Assembly (NCBI GenBank): GCA_030390025.1
Contig: CM059433.1
Location: forward strand, 31,126,001-31,190,000
Reading direction: 5' to 3'
DNA from: Squalus acanthias
Lineage: Eukaryota
DNA length: 64,000 nucleotides
The notes beneath the pieces are model-generated. The model made no database searches. It worked only from the letters and a program-made list of their open reading frames with translations, and was not told the DNA's origin. A program made the translations under genes and the position numbers. Numbering within the stretch: the stretch's first letter is position 1; each line of letters starts with the position of its first letter. Positions 23,401 through 35,482 of this stretch are shown one piece after another.

Positions 23401-24179
23401 CTTTGGGCAGCAATGTTAAGCTAACCCGCCCTTCGGGAACCTGACGAGATCGGGTGCCACGCTGGTTTTACACCCTGCCTGATTTTACTCCCCACTGAAG
23501 TCAACCAGAGAGTAATATCTGGCAGGGTGCAAAATTGTAGCAATTTTATTTTTACATTGCTAGATCCAGCACTCCTTCCTCAAAGTTGAAATTATTACAA
23601 GTATCGAATGCTCCTCTCAATAACGTTCAGGAAAATGGATGCGTTCATCTCCTCACGCTTCTCACCTGCTCTGCTTTTTGCTACATGTATTACATACAAT
23701 TTACAGCACAGTAACAGGCCATTCGGCCCACCTAGTCTATGCCAGTGTTTATGATCCCACGAGCCTCCTCCCACCCCTCTTCATCTCACCCTATCAGCAT
23801 ACTTCCGAACAATGAGGTCAATGTTTGATCATTGTCACTCCTGCCACAAAGCTCTCCATGCCAAAACCCCATATTGGGGATTTGGACACAGGCTCGACTT
23901 TCAGCTCTTATTTACACCACTTACTTGTCGAGGGTGAGGAGCGGGGCAGGAGTGGCAGATTGTACACGAGCCTGTGCTCCCGATATGTGCAAGAAGCTTT
24001 GTGGTGGGACTGCTGAAGATGAAAATGTGCCCCATTCTTTCTGCAAGATTGCCAGTCACTTGAAGGAATTTATCCATTTTAATATCTCTTTCACTTTGTC
24101 TTTCACTTTTTTTCAGGTTCCTTCCCTTTTCTCATTCTGCAGTTCTGAGATCATTGTGGGGGGGGGGGGGTGGTGGTGG

Positions 24180-24776
24180 GGGGCGTGATTATAACCGGGC
24201 TGGTGAGCAGTTTAAATCCCCCCCTCCAATTACCCGTCCTGGAGCAGCCGGGCACTGACTTGCCGGCATTTTCACCGCAGGCGGCAAGGCCTCCCACCCA
24301 AGGTCGAACGGGGTCCTTTCTTTTAGCACATGCATGTTGGGTCTGGATGATGTCATCAGGACCTGACTGCAATAGTTACTCGGAGGCCTGAGCAGAAAAC
24401 CGCAGTCAGTTCAGTCAGGCCAACGCAGCGCTGCGGGGGGGGGGGATATGGGTCAGAAGAGGTCTAGAAAGGTCATATTTTATTTGCTGTGGGGGCCCCA
24501 CAAGGAAATCTTAGGCCTCTCCTATGCCGCACTCTCCCCCTCTCCTGATCACAGGGACCTCCGCAAGAAGGCCCGGCAGCCAATCCCGCCGAATTAGCTG
24601 CTCGGCGAACGGTCTCTGGGCCATGCGAATATGCGTTGCTTCCCACCGACTTCCCTCCCGAAACGGGGTAGGCAGTCAGCCAGTGGAATTTTAATGAGTT
24701 CCCGGGAGTTAAAATACCCCGGGACCCCTTTTTTTACCTCCCCGCCGAAAAGTGCGCCCTAGTTAAAATCGGGGCC
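24180..24776. mobile_element. Non-autonomous TIR element
   Basis: GGGGCGTGATTATAAC / GTTAAAATCGGGGCC termini; termini resemble 58153-58782. Confidence 0.6.
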
Positions 24777-25669
24777 TGTGTTGTTCTTACTGTTGAAAGG
24801 ACTTCCAATAATTTAGCTTCGGACAATACAGCGAGAACAGTTACATTTATCATTATGGAAAAACAAAATGACATACAGCAGCAATCAGTGGCTAACTTAC
24901 AAACTCCATTTTTACAGACTGAGTCACTTCTCCAATCTGGACCTAGCTTATTAATTAAATGAAACACTGACACTGTAGGAACATCTCTAAACGTGAGTAT
25001 TCGAACTGACAAGCCATTACACCCTGATTACTACAGACTGGAAATCTTCACATGAATATTGCTATTTCTTTCCCATTGTTGCTGACCCTGGTCTTGTTTT
25101 TTCTTCCCTTCCACAGATGATGAGATCTTCAATCATTTACACACACAGATCTCATTCTCATCACCAAAGGTGTTTGTTTATTATGTGTTGTTTTTTAACA
25201 TGTTGTATATTGAAACACTTTAGTTTGGAAATAAGGCCCATCAAACCTATTCCCTCCAAAGTTCTAATACCTTTCCTGGCAGGGAATCTATGTAACTCAT
25301 TGAATCTTGTGCCGGAGATAAGCAGCCATAAGTATACATCCAGAATAATACTTGTTTAAAGTGACTCATCCACTCACGTATGTATGAAGTTTCTCCCTGA
25401 TTCCAAAGAGTACTCCAGCAAAGCTCCAGAATATTAATGCAACTATACTTAAAGTTCTGATGAGTTGCATTTTAAAAGTGACTGTTCTGGCACTACACAA
25501 ATTAATGTATTCCAAGGAGTTGACATTGATCTTTATCCTTATAACTTCAACCCCACTCCTAAACCGATATTTAACGGGCTCTGGTTAATCAGCATAGCCC
25601 TCGTTCCTCTTTCCTGAAAGTCTGTTCTACATATCCATTACACTCAGTGGATTAAAAGAACTTCCAATC

Positions 25670-26135
25670 TGGTACCAGGGACGAGGGACCTCAGTTGTGT
25701 GGAGAGACTAGAGAAGCTGGGGTTGTTCTCCTTAGAGCAGAGAAAGTTAAGGGGAGATTTAATAGAGGTGTTCAAAACTATAGGGGGTTTTGATAGAGTA
25801 AATAGGGAGAAAATGATTCAACTGGCAATCGGGTCGGTAACCAGAGGACACAGATTTAGGGTAATTGACAAAAGAACCAGAGGAGGAGATGAGGAGAATT
25901 TTTTTTATGCAGTGTGTTGTTAATATCTGGAATGCACTGCCTGAAAGGGCGATGGAATCAGATTCAATCGTAACTTTCAAAAGGGAATTGGATAAATACT
26001 TGAAGGGGAAAAAAATTTGCAGGGCTATAGGGAAAGAGCAGGGGAGTGGGATTAATTGGATAGCTCTTTCAAAGAGCCGACACGGGCACGATGGGCCAAA
26101 TGGCCTCCTTCTGTACTGTATGATTCTATGATTCT
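25670..26135 (+). mobile_element. CR1 3' fragment
   Basis: ERLEKLGLFSLEQRKLRGDLIEVFK; (TATGATTC)n tail. Confidence 0.9.
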
Positions 26136-26741
26136 TCAGTGCTTCCAGTTATAGAAGGACATCAGTGAATAATAAGACTTTTTTTTACCCTGGTCTGACT
26201 GCCAGTGCCATAGTATGGCCCTCATCAAGTAAAACGTTAGTTGTCCTTAAATTATTCTGACATTGCCATGTTTTAAGCCTGTGAGGTGAGATGAAAGCAC
26301 ACATCTTGCAGTACCTGGCATCGGGTTTCAGTAAAATATATATAAACAATGGGCAAACCTTACCATCTATTTTGAGCAACAAGTTAGTTAGACTGCAAAA
26401 TTAACTTAAAGCTGCTGCTAACTACTTCAGCTAATCAAATGGGCAAACTTTGTCCCAATAATTATTTGTTTCATTCGCATTGGATTGATTTTATGGATTT
26501 GATCTCTCACTGGCGATAGCGAGACCATCATGTTGAAATCAAGACGCCATGTAATTGATATGGGACTAGTACGTTATTATTTTACTTGGAAAAAAAGTTT
26601 AATTGCAAAAATACAATTTTGGAAAATACCGAGGGTTGAGCATTCATGTGATCCTTTCAGTTAAAAAAGCCTGCATTAAAGCTCTATACAGCTTATCCAT
26701 ACAGCATTTGGATGGTATTTCCCCAAGATTCAAGTCCTAAT

Positions 26742-27212
26742 TCATAGAATCATAGAATGAAACAGCACAGAAAGAGGCCATTCAGCCCATCGTGCCTGTG
26801 TCGGCTCTTTGGTAGAGCCATTCAATAAGTCCCACTCCCCAGCTCTTTCCCAATAGCCCTGTAAATTTTGTCCCTTCAAATATTTATCCAATGCCCTTTT
26901 GAAAGTTACTATTGAATCTGTTTCCACCAGCCTTTCAGGAAGTGCATTCCAGATCACAACTCGCTGTGTAAAAAAATGTTTCCTCATGTCGCCTCTGGTT
27001 CTTTTGCCAATCACCTTAAATCTGTGTCCTCTGGTTACTGCCCCTCCTGCCATTGGAAATAGTTTCTCCTTATTTACTCTACCAAAACTGTTCATGATTT
27101 TGAACACCTCTATCAAATCACGTCTTAATGATGCTCTAATGAGAACAACTCCAGCTTCTCCAGTCTTTACACGTAACTGAAGTCCCTCATCCCTGGTACC
27201 ATTCTAGCAAAT
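26742..27212 (-). mobile_element. CR1 3' fragment
   Basis: ORF 26742-27116 TRGHRFK...WNALPE; octamer tail. Confidence 0.9.
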
Positions 27213-27229
27213 CACAAAATCTAGACTGA

Positions 27230-27585
27230 CTCTCCAGTGCAGTACTGTCGGAGGTGCCGTCTTTCGGATGAGACGTTAAACCGAGGCCCCGTCTGCCCTC
27301 TCAGGTGGACGTAAAAGATCCCATGGCACTATTTGAAGAAGAGCAGGGGAGTTTTCCTAATGGCCTGGCCAACATTTATTCTTCAGCCACTAAAACAATT
27401 TAATTGGTAATTTATGAAATTGCTGTTTGTGGGAGTTTGCTGTGCGAAATTTGGTTGCCGTGTTTCCTACATTACAACAGTGACTACACTTCAAAAAGTA
27501 TTCATTGGCTGTAAGGCACTTTGAGAGGTCCTGAGGTTATGTAAGGCACAGAATAAATGTAAATTCTAGATTTCTCTTTCTTTAG
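27230..27585 (+). mobile_element. 5'-truncated DeuSINE
   Basis: GGTGCCGTCTTTCGGATGAGACGTTAAACCGAGGCCCC core and shared tail. Confidence 0.8.
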
Positions 27586-28344
27586 AAGTGTAAGTCTGTG
27601 CCCTCAAGCTGTTAATACTTTGACTATTCTTCGTTCCTTGTAAGGCTGGATCTTACTATAGTAGAAAATTAAGTTTTGGTCTTCAATGTAGTACTGATTC
27701 TATTAAACTGGTCAAATCTACCAGTTCACAAATAGACTTGTTTCTCTCATCACACCACACTGCTCCCATACATATACATACTCAGTAATCATTCAGCTGC
27801 CATTTAAGGTAAAAATCTAATTCACAGATTCCGGCGGGATTAATTTTTCTCCCACCATACATGCAGGCAGTATTCCGCACCATTTATCATTTAAGTCATA
27901 CACTGTGCAGCCAATTTAATTTGAACACGATGGATAGCAATGACAAACTGGCATTTCTTTTTATACTGATGATTATGAACTTAAAGTAGGGTGACTTCAC
28001 TGAATTCCAAAATTTCAAGCTACAGCTCGAATGCATGGTGCATTAATGAGATCCAAGTTCAGCCCCATCTGTCCCAACAAATACATGGCACGAATACCAA
28101 TACTGGAATACTATCACTAACAGGAATATGTAGAAAGATACTCAATTCGTTTAAATTGGATTTAAAAAACTGAATTATAGAATGCATTTTTAAACAAATG
28201 AGAAAATTAAGGAATGATGGTTTGACATGGAGGAGGTGTGCATCAGAATTGTGGCAAACCATGCTCCTTTGGGTGAGTAGGAGGACAGGGGTTCAGTATT
28301 TGTCTTGAGAGGGCCCCTTTTTGTAAATTTAAGGGTACGAAGAA

Positions 28345-30250
28345 TTATATAGGATTACATAGGATATACGGCACAGAAACAGATCATTCGGCCCAACCAG
28401 TCCACGCCGGCGTTTATGCTCGAGCCTCCTCCTGTCTTTCCTCATCTAAATCTATCAGCATAACCCTCTATTCCCTTCTCCCTCATATGTTTGTCCAGCA
28501 TCCCCTTAAATGCATCTATACTATTCGCTTCAACCACTCGCTGTGGTAGCGAGTTCCACATTCTCACCACTCGCTGGGTAAAGAAGTTTCTTCTGAATTC
28601 CCTATTGGCTTTCTTGGTGACTATCTTATATTGATGGCCTCTAGTTTTGCTCTTCCCCACAAGTGAAAACATTCTCTCTGTATCCACTCTATCAAAACCT
28701 TTCATAATTTTATAGACCTCTATTAGGTCACCCCTCAGCCTTCTTTTTTCAAGAGAAAAGAGACCCAGCCTGTTCATCCTTTCCTGATATGTATACCCTC
28801 GCATTTCTAGTATCATCCTTGTAAATCTTCTCTGCACCCTCTCCAGTGCCTCTATATCCTCTTTGTAATATGCTGACCAGAACTGCACGCAATACTCCAA
28901 GTGTGGTCTAACCAAGGTTCGATACAGGTTTAGCATAACTTCCCTACTTTTCAATTCTATCCCTCTAGAAATAAACCCTAGTGCTTGGTTTGCATTTTTA
29001 ATGGCCTTGTTAACCTGTGGTGCAACTTTGAGTGATTTGTGTATATGTACTCCGAGATCCCTTTGTCCCTCTACCCCACCTAGACTCACACCCTCCAAGT
29101 GATAAGTGACCTTCCTATTCTTCCTACCAAAATGTAATACCTCACATTTGTCTATGTTGAACTTCATTTGTCAATTATTTGCCCATTCTGCAAGTTTATT
29201 AATGTCCTCCTGTAATTTGTTGCAGTCGTCCTCAGTATTGACTATACCCCCCAATTTGGTATCATCCGCAAATTTAGAAATTGTGTATTTGATTCCAAAG
29301 TCTAAATCGTTAATGTAAATTGTGAACAGCAGTAGTCCCAGCACTGATCCTTGTGGAACACCACTACCCATCTTCTGCCACAGTGAATAGCTACCCTTTA
29401 CTCCCACACTCTGCTTTCTGTCTTGAAGCCAACTAGCAATCCATTCTGCTACTTGTCCCCTGACTCCGCATTCTCTGACCTTATTCATTAGTCTATTATG
29501 GGGTACCTTATCGAAGGCCTTTTGAAAATCTAGATAAATTACATCTACTACATTACCATTGTCTACTCTCTCTGTTACCTCTTCAAAAAATTCAATGAGG
29601 TTGGTCAAGCAAGACTTTCCCTTTCGAAATCTATGCTGACTATGCATTACTATGTTTTTGGTTTCTACATGTTCTTCTATTTTCTTCTTGAGTAGGGATT
29701 CCATTATTTTTCCTACCACCGATGTTAAGCTGACTAGTCTGTAATCCCCTGGACATGTTCTATCCCCCTTCTTAAATATAGGTATTACATTAGCTATTTG
29801 CCAGTCCTCTGGCACTACACCTTTTTCTAACAAATTAGTAAATATGTGTAGTAATGCCTCTGCTATCTCTTCCCTAGATTATTTTAAAACGTGTGGATGC
29901 AATCCATCCAGACCAGGGGTTTTATCCTCTTTAAGTTTGATTATTTTATTTAATATATCCCCTTTTTTATTTTAAATGCACTTATCTCATTACTCATCTC
30001 ATCATCCAATATCATGCCCACCTGTTCTACCTCCCTGTTAAATACCAAAGCGAAATAATGATTTAATATTTCTGCCATCTCTCTATCGTTACCTGTGGTA
30101 TTATCCTGTCTATCCCTTAATGGTCCTATTCCCATCCTGAACTTCCTTTTTTTATTGATGTGCCTGTAAAATATTTTACTATTTTGTTTTATGTTCCTTG
30201 ATAATTTAATTTCATAGTTCCTCTTTGCCTACCTAATTGTTGTTTTGTAA
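28345..30250 (-). mobile_element. CR1 LINE, 5'-truncated, with a near-intact RT domain
   Basis: ORFs 29171-29833 and 28442-29167 are contiguous in frame across one stop: [45 protein letters not shown]. Confidence 0.95.
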
Positions 30251-30279
30251 ACTCTCTCTATTTTCCTGCTCGGACTACA

Positions 30280-31078
30280 AGCGTGATCCTGAGCTTTTGG
30301 CCACCTGTCACCTGTTTAATTCTCCACCCCACTCCCACTCTAACTTCTCTGTCCTCGGCCTCCTACACTGCTCCAATGAAGCTCAACGGAAAAAAAGAAA
30401 GACTTGCATTTAAAAAGCGCCTTTCACGACCACCGGCCTTCCCAAAACGCTTTATAGCCAATGAAATACTTTTTGACGTATAGTCACTATTGTAATGTGG
30501 GAAACGTGGCAGCCAAGTTGTGCACAGCAAGCTCCCACAAACAGCAATGTGATAATGACCAGATAATCTGTTTTAGTAATGTTGATTGAGGGATAAATGG
30601 TCAGGACACCGGGGATAACTCTCCTGCTCGAGGAACAGCATCTTATCTTTTGATTAGATACTTTACAGCCTTCCAGACTCAACATTGAGTTCAACAATTT
30701 CAGATCATATCCACCGCTCCCATTTTTTCAGACAGGAGCTGTTAGTAATGATTCTGCTATTGCCATTTACACCTCCTCTAGACACATCTTTTGTTTCTTC
30801 ACTCATCCCATTATCACCCCCTTTTGCCTTGTACCATCATTCTTTTTGTCATTTAATCTCTCCTGCCTTCCACCCTATCACAGACCTTCCCTTTTGTTCT
30901 TTCCTCCCCTCCCTCTCCCCCTATCCCTGGTTCTGCACTTGCTTAAAACCTGTTACATCTCTTAACTTTCTTTCAGTTCTGACGAAAGGTCATCGACCTG
31001 AAACGTTAACTCTGTTTCTCTCTCCACAGATGCTGCCTGACCTGCTGAGTATTTCCAGCATGTTCTGGTTTTATTTCT
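30280..31078 (+). mobile_element. Penelope-like 3' fragment (with a DeuSINE inserted at ~30390-30625, minus strand)
   Basis: Collinear with 7630-8200; the sequence GCTCAACG...GCTCGAGGAACAGCA is split by the SINE. Confidence 0.8.
30975..31012 (+). ncRNA. Minimal hammerhead ribozyme motif (intact stems)
   Basis: AGTT-CTGACGA-A-AGGTC-ATC-GACCT-GAAA-CG-TT-AACT: stem I AGTT/AACT, stem II AGGTC/GACCT, palindromic ACGU. Confidence 0.7.
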
Positions 31079-31207
31079 TATTTTCACTTTTTTCGAGCCA
31101 CGGATGAACACTGAGCTGCTTGGGACAATTCAAGCTTACTGTGGAGATGGGATTGCTAAGATTGTTAAAGCAGCTGCAGTTTTCTCTCCTCATTCCAAGT
31201 CATTTAC

Positions 31208-31321
31208 CTTCAATTCCATCAGGGCACACGCAGCTAAAGGAGTTGAGAAGATCAGCACAAGTGCCATCGTTCTGACAGGGGTCACTTAGACACTCATCCA
31301 CCTCAATCTCACAGTTATTGC
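31208..31321 (-). CDS. EYS: Internal coding exon (114 bp, phase 1-1), calcium-binding EGF repeat [39 protein letters not shown]
   Basis: Manual translation; acceptor tctttctag|GC and donor GAAG|gtaaat; typical 38-codon EGF exon in frame with the previous two. Confidence 0.7.
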
Positions 31322-31669
31322 CTAGAAAGAAGCAAAAGATTTACTCATTAGGAATTTGCCAATGGTGACACTCCAGCACAACTGTCAACAGGAAGATCAA
31401 ATAATTACATTGGATTATGGACAGAAACCTTGCCAGTGCAGGTCAGAGGGATGATCAAAGATTACTCGCAATTGGTCTTAAGAGGAAAAGCTCAATTGTG
31501 TTATGATAATTGCTTAGCAAATAGACATGTCTCCGGAAATTGTGCAAGGTCATCAAGGTGCGGTCTCAACCACAAAGGAGGGCTGGTGGTAAAATGAGAG
31601 AAGCTGGGCTTTCAGCCATCTTTTAAAACTCTAATAAATCCAATAAAAAGCAGCATGCATCAAACCTAC

Positions 31670-31792
31670 CGACAAAGCCTGGTGCACAGTAACAGGCAAA
31701 AGAATTCAAGCCGTCTTCGCAAATGCTGAGGTCACCGCAAGGGGCTGTCTCACATTCATCAATGTTCACGTCACAGAAACGTTCTTCTAATC
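31670..31792 (-). CDS. EYS: Internal coding exon (123 bp, phase 1-1), calcium-binding EGF repeat GLEERFCDVNIDECETAPCGDLSICEDGLNSFACYCAPGFVG
   Basis: Manual translation of the reverse complement; polypyrimidine tract plus cag|GA acceptor and GTCG|gtagg donor; in frame with the 33392-33625 exon. Absent from the ORF track. Confidence 0.7.
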
Positions 31793-31901
31793 CTGTCGGG
31801 AAAAGAGAAAAAAAGAATTAACGGCAAAGCATCCAGCATTTGCCGGGAATTAACAAGTCAAAACTTAAAAATTAACATCATTGTTCAAATGACCAAAACT
31901 A

Positions 31902-32635
31902 GGGCCCGTATTTTCCGATGCCTACGAGTGTGTACGAGGTGTGTACACACCCGTAGGGACTTTGGAAATGCCAGTTTCAGGCATGCGAAGCGCATGCCCT
32001 GAAAACCGGCATTTCCGATCTGTCAAGAAACCTCTTGACAGATCGGACACCTGCCCTGGAGAAGGGCCTTTGCGGGTAGCGAGTTCCGCTTTCTGCAGAA
32101 CCTACGCCCGCTGAAAACCCTTAGAAATCTTACGCTTGGTAAAAGCAGGCGTAAGGCCTGCTTTTACCAGCATAAGAATTTTTAAAAAGTTAAAAAAAAA
32201 ATTCACTCATTTATAATTTTAAATACTTTTAAAAAAGGTAAGTTTATTTTTAGCCCCGTAAAAAACTTTAATTTTTTTTCAAAAAATTAAATTTTTGTTT
32301 AAAATATTTAATTTAATGTAATTTTAACTCATTTTAAAAACATGATGGTTTTTTAAACATTTATTTAATGTTTTAGTGTCTTTTTTCAGTGATCCCCATT
32401 CATACTTTTGACAGGTCTATCTGTCAAAAGTATGAAGGGGGATTCCCATCTTTCATTGGCTCGCCTGGCCCACATGATCCCAGAGATGCTTGCGAACCGC
32501 ATGCGCCCCTGGGATACGTGGGCCCTGCGCATTTCGACATGGAGAGGCCCAGCATCGGAAGTGTCCGGACCTCGGGATCCCTCAGGTAAGGGTGTCGATT
32601 TTTTTCCGATAGGAGGCATCCGCACGCAGGATAGT
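31902..32635. mobile_element. Non-autonomous TIR element with AT-rich core, right end lost
   Basis: Starts GGGCCCGTATTTTCC; core resembles the reverse complement of 1050-1330; internal hairpins. Confidence 0.6.
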
Positions 32636-32639
32636 CATA

Positions 32640-32925
32640 AATAAAAGATAGTCACTAATAGATCTAATAGTGAATTCAGGAGAAACTTCTTTACCCCTGA
32701 AAGTGGTAAGAATGTGGAACTCGCTACCACAAGGTATAGTTGAGGCGAATAGCATAGATGCATTTAAGGGGAAGTTAAATAAGCACATGAGGCAGAAAGG
32801 AATTGAAGCATGTGCTGATAGGATTAGATTGAAGCGGGGTGGGAGGAGGCTCACGAGGAGCATAAACACCGGCATGGACTAGTTGGGCTGAATGGCCTGT
32901 TTCTGTGCTGTACATTCTACATAAT
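32640..32925 (+). mobile_element. CR1 3' end
   Basis: VVRMWNSLPQGIVEANSIDAFKG; same subfamily as 28345-30250. Confidence 0.85.
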
Positions 32926-32933
32926 TCCGTGTT

Positions 32934-33185
32934 ATAAGAACATAAGAAATAGGAGCAGGAGTAGGCCAATCGGCCCCTCGAGCCCGCTCCACCATTCAAT
33001 AAGATCACGGCTGATCTGATCCTAACCTCAAATCTAAAGAACACAAGAAGTAGGAGCAGGACCCGGCCACTCAGCCCCTGGGCCCGCTCCGCCACCCACA
33101 GGGCCCTGACCGATCCGAACTCAGCCTCATGCCCAATTTCCTGCCCGCTCACCGTAACCCCTAATTCCCTTTACCTCTAGGAAAC
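32934..33185 (-). mobile_element. Dimer of CR1-like 3' tails
   Basis: AAGAACATAAGAAATAGGAGCAGGAGTAGGCC is followed ~100 bp later by the diverged AAGAACACAAGAAGTAGGAGCAGGACCCGGCC. Confidence 0.65.
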
Positions 33186-33391
33186 CAGAAGAAGGAGGAG
33201 CAGCCCACAATCAATGTAGTACTATTTTACAATTCCCTATCATCTTATAATTCCAACAGCCCTTACTGAAGTGTGCGGCAGCACAAACTCTTGTTTGATA
33301 CCTTTTCTCAAAGGCCTGGCCTGTCAGTTTAAAGACGCTATTCAATCTGACAAAACAAAAAAAGAAGCATTAAGCCAAGAATGTTACCTAC

Positions 33392-33625
33392 CATGAAGGC
33401 AATGACATCTAAATCCTCCGGGGACATCCTCACACTGTGATTCGTTCTGACACAGACCTACCACACAGAGAGATACAGGAATTGCACAGATCTCTCCCAT
33501 ATATCCCAGGTGGCAGATGCATCTAAAACTATTCATCAGATCTTCACAGTAGATGGTGTTTGTAGGGTCACATGGATTTGACAGACATTCATTTATTTCC
33601 ACTGAACAGTCATAACTTTCAAAAC
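33392..33625 (-). CDS. EYS: Internal coding exon (234 bp, phase 1-1) with two EGF-like repeats: GFESYDCSVEINECLSNPCDPTNTIYCEDLMNSFRCICHLGYMGEICAIPVSLCVVGLCQNESQCEDVPGGFRCHCLHG; probable eyes-shut homolog
   Basis: Six-Cys EGF spacing twice and an EINEC calcium-binding motif; acceptor ttgacag|GT and donor CATG|gtaggt on the minus strand; length divisible by 3. The exon is secure. The EYS symbol rests on recalled similarity to fish EYS EGF repeats and the very long flanking introns. Confidence 0.7.
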
Positions 33626-34644
33626 CTGTCAAAACAACCATCGTTTATTTAATTTCCGCTCCGGTAAAAGTAGGATTAATATACAATTTTGATCTTGCGT
33701 GCAGACAAGTAAAGAGTGCTCTCTTTTTCATTTGCTTGTACATCGTAGTACAGATAGATTTCTCACATGGCCCCTCAAAAAATGGACTAATTTTGTCCGA
33801 CTCAGACCATTTTCCTTCCGTACAGTGATTCTATGCTTCCCACAACCCTGAAAACCATATGACCTGGATTAACCAGCATGAGAGAGTTACAAAGTGCAGA
33901 CAAATCAGGAAAGATTGGGAGGGGTCCTTGCTCTCCAGATACAAGATTGCACTGTCAGATTAATACCAGTGCGTTTCCCTACCAGGTCACTGACTTAAGA
34001 ACTGATGGTCATCCCACATACGATCACAGCAGAAACGCATCATTCCGATTTAAGATTAGCTTTCACCCTTCACCCCCTCCATTCACATTCAGAGTTGTAC
34101 TATACAGTTTCCAAGTACCAACACAATAGGATAGAAATATATGCAAGAGCTATTATCATACAAACAGGCTTGTAACAAATTCCTCTCTTTACTATCTAAT
34201 GGAGACGCTATCCAAATAATTAAAAAAGGTAAAAGCCTCTGTTAAAATAGCAGAGCGAGGAATGTAGTACAAGTATTGTTCTACGGGAATCATGACGTGT
34301 TGCAGTTTTTTTGACTGATAAAACGAGGGTGAAAAATGACGATGAAATACATTTAAAAGAGGTAGGGCTTATCAACAAGTGCCTGCAGTACAAATCTGGT
34401 GACAAAATCACACACACAATGAATAACCTGTCATGTGTATATATCATATGCATATTTTTAAACAAATTTTGAACAGTTTTTTGTGCATCCCTCCAGAGTC
34501 ATGTGCATATTATTTTACTCCCATTGGCTATGAATGGGCAATAATTCTAGCCCACACAATGGGCGTTTAGATAAAACAGTTAATGCTATTTTGATTAACA
34601 CCTTAAAAAAAGAGCAAGTTGATGAATGTTTATTTAGAATCTTA

Positions 34645-35477
34645 GGGGGTGATTTTGCCAATGGGGGCGCGTTGGAGGCGGGACTGCTACTTGGCGGGTC
34701 GATGTCCCGCCTCCATCGATTTGTGGCCAACCCACGCTATTTTCCCTTGATTGACCTTGTTAAGCCCGCCCAGCGGGTTTAGCAGGCCAATTAAGGGAAA
34801 GCCGGTTACAGAGAACGTCAGCGTATGACGTTTCATTTGTCAAAAATTTTTGACAGATGAATTATCATCGTTTGACAGCTCTGTGAAGCTGTCAAACACT
34901 AACATTCTCTGTAGTTTGATGAGTTTTTGAATTCAAGACCTCATTAAATCTCTTTCTTTTGCAGAAATTAGATGGTTGTTGCATTGGAGAATGCAACGGC
35001 CATCTGTAATCTCTGCCATGGAGGTGCGAGACTCTCCGCATACCCAATGATTGAAGCCTGCATGAAGAAACAAAGGTAAGTACACTTTTTCCAACACTTT
35101 CCACTTACCTCACATACTCACCTCTCCACACTTGCACCCATCACTCACCTCCACAGCACACTTTTGGACCCCTCCGACCCCCGCAGACCCACTACTCGCC
35201 TCGGTGACCCTGGCGGGGTTCGGAACCTTCGGGAAGCCCGCACTTTTGTGGGTTAAATGGGGATAATCCTCTTTTCTGCCTGTTAACTACCTGTTAACAG
35301 GCAGTTAAGTGGTTGTAATCCCTTCCCGCCTCCAAGGAGACGGGACCCAGCGCGGGACGGCTACCCGCCTCCTGGCAAGATGGCATGGGGGCGGGTTGGG
35401 GCGGGTTGGGCACCCGCCCCCAAATTCTGTCATTTTCCCGGCAGTCCCGCCTCCCCAGGGCTGACAAGATCGCGCCC
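34645..35477. mobile_element. Non-autonomous Harbinger-type element, ~800-bp family, copy C
   Basis: GGGGGTGATTTTGCC / GACAAGATCGCGCCC; flanks TTA/ATA; reverse complement of 9668-10469. Confidence 0.9.
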
Positions 35478-35482
35478 ATAAA

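Noticed and set aside
33040..33185. ADAR hyper-edited retrocopy
   Set aside because: The substitutions are not confined to one type, and no parent consensus is available here to test it.
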